Assembly (NCBI RefSeq): GCF_037042905.1
Contig: NC_087255.1
Location: forward strand, 18,476,001-18,540,000
Direction: 5' to 3'
Source of the DNA: Lytechinus pictus
Lineage: Eukaryota
DNA length: 64,000 nucleotides
In this document: one piece after another, positions 35,031 to 48,480 of the stretch
Numbering within the stretch: position 1 is the first letter of the stretch
Layout: each line of letters begins with the position of its first letter
Notes under the pieces: generated by a model
Database searches by the model: none
Told to the model about the DNA's origin: nothing
What the model saw: only the letters and a program-made list of their open reading frames with translations
Position numbers and translations under genes: made by a program

Positions 35031-36502
35031 TTGAACAATCAAAGTAAAACATGTTGACTCTATAACCTTAGGAGGAAAGAATGTTTTTGTGACAAAATGT
35101 ATATATTTAAATCAATATCAGAATAACAATCTACGGTATAATGACAGACATTTTCAGAAAAAGGCACAATATTATCAAGTAAACAATTTAGATCCAGTTC
35201 AATCCAGCATGAACGACTCACTATCGACCGCTCCCGTCACCAAGCCCTCCGCATCAGGTACTGGTAGCTCGACTGCCGAAAGACGGACGGGAGCCCACCG
35301 CATCGGGCAGCTCGACTGCCGAGAGACCGGCTGTGACAAGGGTAGCTCGCTTCTCTTATATCTGGACAGCTCAACGATAGAATCTTTTAATTTTAATTTT
35401 TTTGTTGATTTGAATATATTCTATAACAATTCAGATACATAATTGGATCGTAGTTCTACTTACCATTAAAAAATTTCGATCATTTGCGCATCCAAAAATT
35501 TGATGAACTTTCAAGCTCCGATATCCACACTTCACAGGCGAGTATCCACATTGAAACTTATATGTACAGAAAGAGCACATTTTCAACTGTCTGTATCAAG
35601 GCACGAGATTGCATCAACTATGTGCGCATGCGCATGAAACCCCATTTTCGATGAGCCTCCCAGACAGAGGCGATGCCACTTGCAGCGAAACCCGCGCGAA
35701 AACCGTGCAGCCAAAACCAGCGCTCGCGATGCGCCCGTATTCGCACATACCTAATTGGTCAGTGAGCCAACGCAGTTCAGCAGAACAACCAAAATACAGT
35801 CATTACAGAGACTGAAGCTTTTGGTCTAAAAAATTGCATGCACACGTAATTAATAATTAATATGTCCAGGCATTCTGCATTCCTCATTTGTTTTGGCACA
35901 TCTCCTACAACACAGTGACTCTCTCAACTTCTCATCATACTCTCCTGCGATTCCATAGACTAGAGCGCCATGCCATTCCCCATACCAGGCCAGCCAGCGC
36001 CAGTCTGGCATTGTCTTCATGGTCTTGACTTTGCCAGCCACTGCAGCACACAGAGCCTCATCTCAGAGGCAGAGCACACAACATGCATTAACATTACAAG
36101 GACAAATTAGACTGTCAAATCCGACACATCACGATCACACTTCACAACTTCACACACAATATATGGAGGATAAAATCCATTGAATTCATGAAGATAAATA
36201 TAGCATGATACCTTTACTACCATCCTGCTCTGGCTCTGACATATCTGACCTTTTATTTCAGGTCGTTTTATCAATTTTCGGCAGTGTTTCCTGTCACTTT
36301 TCATGAAAACTGAAGCTCTCGCATCGAATCTCGCGATAATTTCATTATAAATCACGCGCAAGCTAAAAAATAACACGAGACTCCATACTCCCTCTACGTC
36401 CATAAAACAGCAGCATCATACGTAAACTGGGAAGAGTATAGAAAAGCAATTACAAATTAATTACTTAATCTAAATTACAAGAGACATTACTCGGCATGTA
36501 AT

Positions 36503-38047
36503 TTGGATATTCAAGGACGATATGATATAATAGTTAAGGTAATCTTGAATGCTTCGAAGAGGTGTATTCGTCGAGTGCGAATAGGAGGAGAAAACAGAGG
36601 TAAAATAACTCCCTGGTGGAACGAAGCATGTCAAAAAGCGGTGGCGGAGAGAAATGATGTTCAATTATACTTGAAAAAGAAAGCATTTGCTCAGAAGGTG
36701 CAACGGCGAGCACGATATGACTATTGGTCTAAATACTGCGGTAAAATGAATAGATTTACAGATATCGGAAAAGTATGGAAACAAGTAAAAGGAATGAGAG
36801 ACAGCGCAATGAACACTCATATTTTCCACAATTTAATCGTTGACGGCAATATCATTGGTGAATCTAAAGATAAGGCTAATGCAGTCGCCCGTTTTTTCAA
36901 GTCTATTGACAGATCTTTTTATAATAATGATCATAATGATGGTGAAAATGAAGATAATTTATGTAAAGAAATGTCGAATGATGACTGCATTAATGACGAT
37001 TTTAACATGAATGAAATGAAGAATGTTTTACAAGATTTTAAAAACTCAGCGCCAGGTAAGGATGATATTCATGCGATTATGTTAAAAAACTTACCCCAAA
37101 TAGCGCTTGATGTCATATTAGATCTGTCTAACGACATATGGAAAACTTCACATTTCCCTTGTCAGTGGTATGAAGTTGTTCAAATACCTATTTTGAAACC
37201 TGGAAAGGATCCTAGTTTAGTGTCGTCCTATAGACCTATTTCTTTTTTATCAACCCTGTTTAAAGTCATGGAGAAAATGATTAAAAACCGTCTGAATTGT
37301 TTTTTAGATAATAAGAAGAAGTTAAACCCACTTCAATCAGGATTCCGCAAATATCGTAGCGTCAAAGATCATTTAGTCAGGATTGAAACAGATGTTCATT
37401 TAGCATTGAAGGAGAAAAAATATACTGTGGCAGTTTTTCTAGACCTGGAAAAGGCGTATGATTCGTTATGGAAAGGAGGTCTCTTGAAAAAATTGTCAAT
37501 GTTAGATATTAGTGGAAAATTATTTTTCTTTATTAGAGCTTTCTTAAGAAATAGATATTGTAACGTGAAAGTTAACAATAGTATGTCAGAAAAGTATGTA
37601 TTAGAGCACGGAATCCCGCAAGGGAGCTCATTAAGTCCTGTCATGTTTACATTGATGTTAAATGACTTAAAGATTAAAGAAAGTGGAGTAAAGCTATCAT
37701 GTTATGCAGATGATATTGCGATTTGGTTTACTAGCTCAAACTTAGATCTGGTTCGCCAAAAGCTGCAAGAAGCCCTCCATGAAATCGAAATCTGGTGCTG
37801 GAGATGGAAATTAAATATTTCTCACACAAAGTCTGTAGTTTTAGTTTTTACCAATAAACAAAAGAAAGATATTACTTTGAAAATAAATGGGCATGTTTTG
37901 CCTCATTGTGAGCAGTTCAAATTTCTTGGTATGTGGTTAGACTCGAAACTAACTTGGTCTAGCCACATTAATGCGATTATTGATAAATGTAAGAAAAGAT
38001 TAAATTTATTACGTTGCGTTTCGGGTACGCGCGTCCTGCGCGAATAG
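36503..38047 (+). pseudogene. LINE reverse transcriptase domain ORF
   Basis: 514-aa ORF containing the conserved RT motifs including YADD. Confidence 0.92.
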
Positions 38048-38269
38048 GTATGAAATTTTGATGATGATATACAAAGGTCTTATTGTATCTGTTTTAGACT
38101 ATGGAAGTGAAATGTATGATTCTGCCTGTACATCTCATAAGAAAAAGCTTGACTCTATACAATATAGAGCTTTGAAAATCATTACAGGAACGATATACAA
38201 TGTATCATTAGAGTCTCTACAAGTTTTGACTGGTGAATTACCGTTGTATCTTCGGAGAAAACTGTTTAA

Positions 38270-38851
38270 AGGAGAATGAAACCCTTGAAACCAGCTGAAT
38301 CCATATCAAAGAGAAAAATCAAAGAAACATATTGTTAAAAGTTTGAGGAAGATTGAATGAATAATAAGAAAGTTATGAGCATTTGAATATTGAGATCACT
38401 AATGCCATGTAGATCCTCCCATTGGCAATGCGACCAAGATCTGTGATGTCACACACGTACAACTCCCTCATTACTTTAGTACTTATTTCACTTATATTCT
38501 CATTTTTATAGAGTCTATCACAAGGTGAGGTGTTCTCTTTATGAGCGGACAAGTACAGAGGTTTCACAACATTATATCATTGATGAATCGTTTGTCATAT
38601 GACTAGAATGAGCAAAAAGATATGTTTTGGGGTATATTTTCAGTGTCCAAAAGGGGAGAGTTGTTCATCTGTGACATCATAGATCTTGGTCGCATTGCCA
38701 ATGAGGATCTCCATAGCATTAGTGATCTCGACATTCAAATGCTCATAACTCTTCTATTGCTAGTCCTATTTTACTCAAACTTTTGTTGATCTCATTCTTT
38801 GATTTTTCTGCTTTCACAAAAGCTAACTTGCTCCAAGAGTTTCATTCTCCT
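38270..38851. mobile_element. TTAA-flanked MITE (Kolobok-like) inserted in the LINE
   Basis: TTAA|aggagaatgaaac ... gtttcattctcct|TTAA. Removing it restores the LINE frame (KLFNDKFRYYLLFS). Confidence 0.9.
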
Positions 38852-38874
38852 TTAATGATAAATTTAGATATTAT

Positions 38875-39984
38875 TTGTTGTTTAGCACTTTATGCCATCC
38901 AAGTAGAGAAATTTTCATTGAACATACGAACAGACACGAATGGAAGGAAGGGGAAAGACCTTTCAAACTTCGAGCCTGTAGTGATGAGGTACTTGTAGAG
39001 AAGCAAGACAACTTATTAACAAGAATCCCGGAATGGCGTTTGTCCCGCCCTCCTGTGTCGTTTTGTGCTCATCGTATAATTAGAAAAAAGGATATGCCAA
39101 TGGCCGAGATGAAAGCTATCGTTCTAGAAAGAATTGGAATTGTGTGGAATGGTTATTTACATATATATATACTGATGGATCCAAACAGGAAAATTTTAGA
39201 ACGGGGGCAGCATTTTATGTTCCTCAATATAAAAAAAAAAGTATTTCAGGACAGGTTATCCAATGTAAGTATCATGAGAGCGGAACTCCTGGCCATTTTA
39301 ATGGCATTTGAGTGGTTAGACTCCTTTGATAAACCATGTTCAGTTGTAATTTTTTGCGACTCTTTATCAGCACTGAATGTGATTGATTCATATTTCATAA
39401 AATGCACTATTGTTAATGAAATTTTATTTAAAATTCATAAACTCAGTATGAAAGATATCTGTATTAATTTTGAATGGATTCCCTCACATTGTGATGTTAA
39501 CGGCAATGAGATCGTCGATAAAGCTGCCAAGAAAGGAGCCGCGAAAAATTTTGTAGACATCGTTTTACCAAACACTATAAATGAACTCACATGCTCACGC
39601 ATGACATTTTATAAAAGTGTCTGGCAAGCAGATTGGAATGCGTCTAGAAATGGTAGATTTTTATATGCTATTCATGATAATGTTTTTAAGCAGGCATATA
39701 GGAAAGGTTTTTCTCGGAAAGAGGAATGCCTCCTTCATCAAATCACAGTAGGTAAGTGCAAATTAAACTATTATATGTTTCAAATTAAACAGCACTCTTC
39801 CGGCCTCTGTGAGGTGTGCAAAGAATTTGAGACTATTGAACATTATGTTTTATTTTGTTCAAAATATGTAAAGGAGAAACGCATTATGTTTAATAAACTT
39901 AAGATGAATGACCCGAATCTTAAACAATTGTTAATTAATCCCGATTATACACGGGAACTACTATGTTTTATATATGCCACTAAC
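38875..39984 (+). pseudogene. LINE RNase H and C-terminal zinc-knuckle region
   Basis: RNase H motifs in ORF 38875..40083. The first catalytic motif YTDGS is shifted out of frame at an (AT)n run. Confidence 0.9.
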
Positions 39985-41167
39985 CAGTGGCGTACCGTGG
40001 GTCATGGCATTGGGGGGGCACCAGCAAAAAATTTGAGTCACTTAGTGAGCGTGCGAAGCGCTCTCAGTTGCCAGGTATACTGACCTAATAGAGACACTGA
40101 TTTTAAGGACAATGCCATTGAACGGATATATGTATCTCACTGGCCAAATAATGCGAGCGCGAAGCGCGAGCTGAAAATTTTTGATATTCAGACCTAATAA
40201 GGGACATTATAATCAAATTTTTGTAATCATAATACGTATATCTGTCTCGCTAAACAATGCGAGCGCGAAGCGCGAGCTGAAAATTTTGTATATATTGACC
40301 CCAAACAGGGAGATTTTAAGGACTATATTTTCGGAATCCATTAAGAGTACACATATCTCACCATAGTCATCTAATGCGAGTGCCAAGCGCTTGCTGAAGT
40401 TTGTTGGAATAACATTTAAACACATGAATCAATTTTTTGTAATTGTAATCATAATTATCATACGCATCTCACTAATCAAATATTGCGAGCGCGAAGCGCG
40501 AGCTGAAAATTTAGATAATTCAGATCAGAAGTGGGAGCATTCTAAGGCTTGCTGTAGGAATTCAGACCGTACGTATTTCACTAACCAATCGATGCGAGCG
40601 CGAAGCGCGAGTCGAAAATTTTTGATATTCAGATGAGAAAAAGGGACATTTTAAGGACTGATTTTAGGAATTCATGGAGGGCAGACTTATCTCACCAATC
40701 CACTAATGCGAACGTAATCACGGACAGGAAATGTTTTTTTTATTAAGACCTTAACATGGGGCAATCACTTTAAGTAGTCATGAAAAAGAAGCATATGTCA
40801 CTACATTAAACAATAACTCGAAGTGCGAGGAAATATATTTGGTGTATATTGACTTGAAAACGGGGGGTTTTAGTACAATAGGATTATATATCTCGTTAAG
40901 CAGACAATGCGAGCACCAGGAACAATGAAGACATAGGCCCTGAGCAAATTATGTTTCATAAAGTTATGATAAAATGTCTGTTATGTAATGTAACATAACA
41001 TAATTATAATATAACATTATAATGAATAATAATGTCTTCTTTCCTACTACGTTTCTCTTCTTTTCTCCCTCTTTCTCCTTTTCCCCGTTTTTTTTTTTTT
41101 TTTGGTCAGCCGATTGGGGGGGCACGTGCCCCCCCCCCCCCCATGCCCCCCCGTAGTTACGCCACTG
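39985..41167. mobile_element. Non-autonomous hAT-like element inserted at the LINE 3' end
   Basis: cagtggcgta ... tacgccactg TIRs and 8-bp TSD CCACTAAC (39977-39984, 41168-41175). Removing it restores ATNRFYS*. Confidence 0.9.
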
Positions 41168-41819
41168 CCACTAACCGTTTTTACAGTTAGGTTTTTTTTT
41201 TTTTTTTTTTTTTTTTTCTTTCAAACACAAGACATAAGAGAGGATTTAAAAATTTTATTAATAAGAAACTAAGAAAAGACAAGACAAAAGAATAAGAAGG
41301 ACGTGTAATTGTATGTGATATCACATTTGAATTGTTATTTGACGAATATTTTAAGAAATTCTATAAATATATAACTAGTAGCCGACTGGTTAGCTGGTGT
41401 GCCCTTTTTCACGAACAATCATTTAGCACGCGCGATATTTAATTTCTCTATTTGTATTGAACTATTATTCCTCGAAGATGTTTAATCTTGTAGGACCTAC
41501 TAATATAATAGGTGGATGGGTGACTAATCTATATTAATATGTCATATAATCGTCACCAACGGTTTAACGTCGTATGGACCTCCTTTGCCGACGACGTCCT
41601 ACTTACGAAAGTGACTGGCGCGTATAATCTGGAGAGATTGAAGAGCGCCATCATATTCAACAACAACAACATAAAGTCCACATAAAAGGGTACTTAGTAA
41701 TTCAAAAAAATATATAATCATAAATAAATAAAAATAAGGCGTTAAAATTATACACCCTAGGCTGAATCGATATGCCGTTAAATCATGGACCTCTGTCAGA
41801 CATGGTAGGTCCATGCTTT

Positions 41820-42165
41820 AATGAATAGAAAATTAGCCATTTCATCGAAATTGGGTAAAAAAACCCACAGTAATAGCACCCCGGGGAGGGGGGGCAATCA
41901 CGTAAGCCTATAATAGCTGTATGGGTATACGCGGCCCTAATCCACCCATCCCCCCATTTCATATCTTGCCAGCCATTTCCATTGACAATGAATAGAAAAT
42001 TAGCAATTTCATCGAAATTGGGTGAACAAAACCCACAGTAATAGCACCCCGGGGAGGGGGGGCAATCACGTAGGCCTATAATAGCTGTATAGGTATGCGC
42101 GGCCCTAATCCACCCCTCCTCCCCCCCCCCCCCATTTCATGTCTTGCCAGCCATTTCCATTGACC
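41820..42165. repeat. Direct tandem duplication, ~167-bp unit
   Basis: aatgaatagaaaattagc...ccagccatttccattgac occurs twice. Confidence 0.9.
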
Positions 42166-42521
42166 AACATTGGTTACAAATGTCCTATAAGACTCGATTT
42201 TATTTCAGAAGTATAATGCCCCTCTTTCAAGCGTCATTTCATAAGCAACTTCAGTTCTTAACATTATCGTTTCAGATTTTGGGGTCACACACCCCACCCT
42301 TTCCGAATCCGCCGAGTGCCCCTCGAGACAGTTCTTTGCTCGACGTGCCATTTAGCTGATGTCATCTACTTCATTACCACTTTTCCTTATTTTATAGGAT
42401 ACAATTAGTCAAATTTTCTGCTCCAGGCTGGGGTGTATACAAATAGGATTGACCAATTACTTTATAAGGATCGAATATTATAATTAGTTCAACATATTTT
42501 GTTACAATGAAAATCTATATT

Positions 42522-42762
42522 AAATAGGTTCATTATTGCGGACTGAAATAATCGTAGAGGGTATTCATTTGTCTCGCAATCTACTATGATAAAGAGTTGC
42601 AGCGGCACTCGAAAGCTCGTGAACTTGTAAGCTAGTGAACACTTTTTGCGAGAGTGATCACGAATTTCCTAGAAAGCTAGTGAACACTTTTTGCGAGAGT
42701 GATCACGAATTTCCTTGTTGACCATAGTAGATTGCGATACAAATGAATACCCTCTAGCGATT
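42522..42762. mobile_element. Penelope-like footprint or foldback with internal 42-bp duplication
   Basis: Inverted arms 42550-42588 / 42723-42762, AAAATCTATATT at 42510-42521 and 42763-42774, tgataaagagt...actcgaaagct motif. Confidence 0.5.
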
Positions 42763-43726
42763 AAAATCTATATTGTTTGTAGAAGTTTTATTTGCAATTG
42801 TCATTTTAATTATTTACATCCACTTTACTTTGTTCTGTTGAAAATGAAATAATACAAATTGATATTGAAATTGAATAATGCTGAACAAAAATTAATGATT
42901 ATAAAAAAGAAAACATGTATTTCAAAATTTCATGATTGTTAAAAAAAAGAAATTTGGGCCAAACTACCGATACTTTATTCAACATAGAATAAAAATATAT
43001 TGATAAAAATATAAATAATCATGAATACCTTTATCATGATATAGCCCGTGTAGACAAAATATGGATCTTTAAATGCATTCTTATATCAGCTACCACCAGG
43101 ATATTGTATTGGGGTGATGGGGGGGGGGGGGTACCGCCTGAAGGCTCATAACGTTTTCTCGATTAGTTATTTTAAATCCCCCTGCATGCTGAGGGTCCAA
43201 TTTGACCTCCATTTTGTACTGAATTTTTTTTCTTTCAAATTTACATCATATCCCCCGCCCCCCCCCAATAAAAATCGTTCCCAGGGCCCTGCCCCCCTCC
43301 CCCTCCATATTTTGTTGGCTCATTATGCCACCCTGATGCTCCTTATGTGTTTGAATGACGAACTAGGAGTAAATGCATTTCAACAACCAGTTTGAACAAT
43401 GCATTTTTGTATACGTCTTGTCTTGATATAAAATTCAAGACATGAATCGAATTAAGAATATTAGGGCTCGCTCTGAATATTCTTCATGAATACTGCCATC
43501 TCCCGTCACAAAACCGTCAAATTTGAAGAGCGCATGTGATTTCCGTGGTGATGCATGCCCTTGGAACTAATATTTCTGCGGTGATGCAAGTTGATATTGA
43601 CAAGTGCTTAATTGTATTTTCCTATTAAAAATAACTTTTGAAGAGGTATCAGTACATTTTTAATGGTTTGCTAATCCATCCTGCCTTGCCTGTTTATCCT
43701 TCATCTGTATTGTTTCCTTATAACGT

Positions 43727-44005
43727 TGGATTAGTCTTCTGACTTTGAGACAGAGGGTCGTGGGTTCGAATCCCAGCCATGGCGTAATTTCCTTCAGCAA
43801 GAAATTTATCCACATTGTGCTGCACTCGACCCAGGTGAGGTAAATGGGTACCCGGTAGGAAGAAATTTCTTGAATGTTTGAGCGGCTAGGCAGCCCTGCT
43901 AAAGCCGGGGTAATAATATCCAAGTCCTTTGGAAGCGCATAGAGACGCTATTCATTATTTATTATGCGCTATACAAGAACTGACTATTATTATTATTATT
44001 ATTAT
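43727..44005 (+). mobile_element. tRNA-derived SINE (5'-truncated)
   Basis: B box ggttcgaatcc, family core, (TTA)n tail. Confidence 0.85.
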
Positions 44006-45362
44006 TTCCTTTTAATAGGAGTGGGGTATTGTTGTATGTGCCTAAAACTTACCGATGATTTCAAAATGTTTTGATTTTGAATAATTGAAAAAAATATAAT
44101 AAAACACAAGAAATTCCCTTTTTTTAATGAAACAAATCCTTCGTGTGCTAGTAAACCTGTAACTTTTAAACTTTTGTAGTTCAAAATACAGGCTTATATT
44201 TCAATGATATACTGAAATAAATAACTTTTGATTTGTTAAAATACAACAATAAAATATAACATCAGTTAAGTGTACACTTACTGATTTGGATTATTACATA
44301 ATACATCATGACAGCAGAGGAGATGCCAGTGTATGTTGATAGGTATAGCAAGATCCCCCCCCCCCTCCCCCTTCACATAGAGATGCTGTTACACAAGTAC
44401 GTAATACACCATTTTCAAAATTTCAATATTTTCTTCTTATTTTTCATTTTCTAGATATTTTTATCACTCGAAAAAATCTAGGGGTTTAATAAGTATAGTC
44501 CCCACTACGTCCCCTTGTGGTACAGTCCCGGCTTGAACTAATTCCCTTGGCAATAACTCCCTGCTTGGCGTACATGGATGTTCCAGGTTACGAAGAGGGA
44601 GGGGTCATTATTATTCACCCCTCCCCCGTAAAAATATGGTGAAAATTAAATAAAAATCGAAATGGCTGTGTAAATAACTTTTAAAATTTGTCTTTGCATC
44701 TTACATTTGACTGTATACAAATGCTCGAAATATTTGTTTTTCTCGTTCTGGTATCTATATCCGTAATTCTTTTTTTTATATAGAAACATGGCAATAATGA
44801 TGATAATGATAATAGTCATACATCTTTATAGCCTACCGCGCATAACATAATGTAATTTTGCATGTCATTGTGATGCACTTTTCAGTAAGAAAAGAGGAGT
44901 GACAAGATATGCACTGGTAGGCCTGCACAATTTATTTATAAGACTGAAATTTTCTTACTGCAAGGCGCCCTTGTGGAAGTATAAAATATCATACAACATG
45001 ATGAGTACAATTTTAATGCATGTTGTGTAAATAAAATATTTTTTTATTCATATAGCTGCATTATATTTGTGTTCGATCACTTCGTTCCCTCACATAAATA
45101 TTTGCAAGGTATAATAGCCCCCTTCACTGCAAAAAACCCGCAAAAACACTCTCAACCTGTTATCAGTTTATATTATGGGTTCCATGTCATTAAGACTCGT
45201 CATAATAACAAATGGACAATTTCTATATATAACTATCATCCAATCATCGAATTATTTCAGCAGCTTTCATCTGCTATTGCAAATTTGTTATCATAACCAA
45301 AAAAATAACAAAATCGAAAAAAAAAACACGTTTTTTCGGGGGGTGGTGATTCCATCACTTAA

Positions 45363-45970
45363 AGGGATGGTCCGGGCTGAAAATATTTATATCTAAATAA
45401 ATAGAGTAAAATTCACAAAGCAAAATGCTGAAAACTTCATCAAAATCGGATAAGAAATAACAAAGTTATTGAATTTTGAAGTTTATCAATACGTTGTGAA
45501 AACAGTTATATACACATCGTCATGAATATTCATTAGGTGGGCTGATGATGTCACATCCCCCACTTTCCTTTTTCTTATGTTATTACATGAAATCATAAAT
45601 GTTTCATTTTTTCATACTGGTGTAAATGATGTGTCTCCATTATGATGAAATAAGTTGCAGCAATAAATAACTATTGCGCTTAATCAGTTGTCAATCCAAT
45701 TGTTTAGTTCTTAGTATATAGAACACTTTTGAATAAACCTTATTTCATATAATGAAATACAAAAGAACAAGTGGGGATATGACATCATCAGTCCACCTAA
45801 TGAGTATTCATAAAGACATGCCTAGAACTGTTTCACCGGAATAATGCAAATCTTTAAAAATCAATAACCTTGTTATTTGTTATCCGATTTTGATCAAATT
45901 TTCAGCATTTAGCTTTGTGAATTTTAGGCTATTTATTGAGATAGAAATAGTTCCAGCCTGGACCATCCCT
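45363..45970. mobile_element. TTAA-flanked MITE (Kolobok-like)
   Basis: TTAA|agggatggtccgggctg ... cagcctggaccatccct|TTAA, long imperfect inverted arms. Confidence 0.85.
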
Positions 45971-46655
45971 TTAAATGGTATCATATCAGTCAACCCTTTC
46001 CCACAGTTTATGTCCTTTTATTTTTTTATCGAAACTAATAAACTATAAAAAAAAAATTGTTTAGTTTTCAAATCTTCATTATCCTATATAATAAACGTAC
46101 TCCTATATAATAAACGTACTCTGTGTTCAGCTCGTGATGAAAACGTGTCTACTCTTTCGTTTTTATTTTTCTTTTGTCGTTTTATTCATGTCTTTTTAAC
46201 CTCTAATCAATGACCATGAAGATAAAGATCTAGTTCTTTTAACGTTTCCTTTCTTATATCGTGATTACTTGTGTATTGGAACGCGACATTTTAGCGCCCA
46301 AGGCGTCGAGTGTAGGTGAGTTGCAGAAGGGCTGATAAATCGCTCTCTCGTTGTAAACTCAAATACTGGTAACAGAGTTGATTGATTTATTGCCTGAAAA
46401 TTATTGCATAATGATATTATGCAAGAATTATGTTTTATCATCATCGTCCCGGAGGAGTTGTATTACCGTTAATATTTATTATGTTTATGTTATTGTTTTG
46501 TTTTATGATGAAAAGTGTTGCTGCAATGATTATGATGATTACTGCTGTTCTTTTGTCATTTATTTTACGTTGCAATAGTTATATAGTATCTTTATAATTA
46601 TTCATATCATTCTTTACATCAACACCATCATCGTCAACAACAACATCATCATCAT

Positions 46656-46794
46656 NNNNNNNNNNNNNNNNNNNNNNNNNNNNNNNNNNNNNNNNNNNNN
46701 NNNNNNNNNNNNNNNNNNNNNNNNNNNNNNNNNNNNNNNNNNNNNNNNNNNNNNNNNNNNNNNNNNNNNNNNNNNNNNNNNNNNNNNNNNNNNN
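46656..46794. other. Assembly gap
   Basis: Run of N. Confidence 1.
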
Positions 46795-46865
46795 AAATTT
46801 CAACAAGTAAGGCCTTATAGTGATCTCTTTCTTCTTAGAGCGGTTTATCTGTTCAATGTTCAAGT

Positions 46866-47050
46866 CACTAGCGTACCTACGGGGGGGGGGGCACGGGGGC
46901 ACTCTGCCCCCCCCCCTGACGAGTCAAAACCCATGCAAAACATGCATAACGTATCTTTGCCCCTCCCTGACGGGCTTGAAATACCTTTTTTGCCCCCCCC
47001 CCCCCTGACGAGCTTTAAGACCTTCAATGCCCCCCTGACGAGCTTGAAGA

Positions 47051-47085
<35 letters not shown>

Positions 47086-47145
47086 TGTCAAATTTTATGG
47101 CGGACGGTTTTGCCCCCCCTGTGGAAAATCCTAGGTACGCCACTG
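46866..47145. mobile_element. hAT-like MITE
   Basis: cactagcgtaccta ... taggtacgccactg TIRs and 8-bp TSD GTTCAAGT. Confidence 0.85.
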
Positions 47146-48480
47146 GTTCAAGTGTTGCTGCAATGATTATGTTGATTACTGATGTTCTTTTGTCATTTCT
47201 TTTACGTTGTAATCGTTATATAGTATCTTTGTAATTATTTATAGTATTATCTACATCAACATCATCATCGTCAACATCATCGTCATCACTACCACCACCA
47301 CCACCATCATTATCATAATCATCATAATCATCATTGTCATCATCATCGTCATCATCACCAACACCATCATCATCATTGATGTTCGAGAAGGGAAATTTCA
47401 ACAAGTAAAGCCATAATAATGATCTCTTTCTTCTTTGAGCGGTTCAAAATGTTCAATTTGAGGTAACATGTGTAAGTAAGGGAGCGAATAGATCGAGCGG
47501 AACATTTTGTATTCCTAGATTTGCAAGTGAAAGTTGGAATTTTGAAGGAAAAGTAAAGTGATAGAAATTGTAAGAGAGGGAAAATATTACGAAGAAAATT
47601 ATCCGTGGGACTGTTCCCTGAAAAGTAACTGGACCTGTCTTAGCGGCCACATATATAATGAAAAAAAAACTCCCTCTAAATACATTTCAAAGGAATAAGT
47701 GTTAGGAAACCTGCTACAAAGGCCAGCTTATGTTGTAGGTCCATGTCTTAATCAATTCCCATGATTAACCTACATGTTTCATTAATTAATCAAGCACGGG
47801 TTTTGCAAGAAAACAAAAGGATTGCAGGAAAAGTTCAATTTTTTGATAAAGTTTCGCAATTCTTGTATTAAATAAAAAGCTAACAAAAATATCCACATAT
47901 AATATCATAATCCTAATTTAGCTTTTAAAAGAAATGAAACCAAAAGTACATTTCAATCGTTACCCACACACTGTTCGAGATTTAAGTCCTTTTGCAATTG
48001 AGGAAAGGATATGTGATTGCCATAAAACAGTGATAGACGCACTTCGAAGTCATCCCAGAATTTGTAGGCAAAGGGTCGGTGGAAGTTGGGCGTAACGGGG
48101 GAAGTTATATCTATTGTCATTGCTATCACAATTTGATCAAGATCTTTTGGACTGATAACATTGATTACATCTTCGTTTTATCGATGTGCCGATCAGGCTT
48201 GACTTGTGGACCATGTAGCGGGTTAAGCCTGCGGACGTGCCGAGTTAAAGTTAATAGAGGTTTGCTGTGATTTGGGCGAAGAATTGACACGAGACGAGAA
48301 GCTTTTTTGATCAAGATTGCATGCCGACTTGCAAATGCTTGTCTATATTCGCAGGTGTCCCCACGGGATGTAGGGAACTTCATGTGAAATATAGGAAGCT
48401 GGATGGTTCATAAAAAAGGATGAGAAAAAACCGCCTCGTGGAAGACCCCATCTAAATATTTTCCCCCTTTATATTCTTAA

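Larger units (their letters stand above)
36503..41190 (+). mobile_element. 5'-truncated, decayed non-LTR retrotransposon (I group: RT + RNase H + C-terminal CCHC), interrupted by two MITEs
   Basis: PWW, SAPGKD, YRPISFLS, QSGFR, FLDLEKAYD, GIPQGSSLSP, YADD and FLG motifs. RNase H IYTDGS (frameshifted)/AELLAI/CDSLSAL/WIPSH..GNE.VD. CEVC...ETIEH...C. Frameshifts near 38040, 39165 and 39235. Confidence 0.93.
46510..47445. repeat. Two-copy tandem repeat with (ATC)n tract, spanning an assembly gap
   Basis: aagtgttgctgcaatgattatg...aaatttcaacaagtaa...gatctctttcttct...gagcggtt occurs twice. Confidence 0.75.

Noticed and set aside
33190-36470. Large non-autonomous DNA transposon
   Set aside because: Contains transposon-like recurrent motifs and short tandem repeats, but no matching termini or TSD could be defined by eye.
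38875-40083. Intact domesticated RNase H gene
   Set aside because: The first catalytic motif is out of frame, the 3' end runs into an inserted hAT element, and it is contiguous with the LINE RT.
40040-40620. CRISPR-like repeat-spacer array
   Set aside because: Eukaryotic context, no cas genes, long mutually homologous spacers, and the array is enclosed by hAT TIRs and a TSD.
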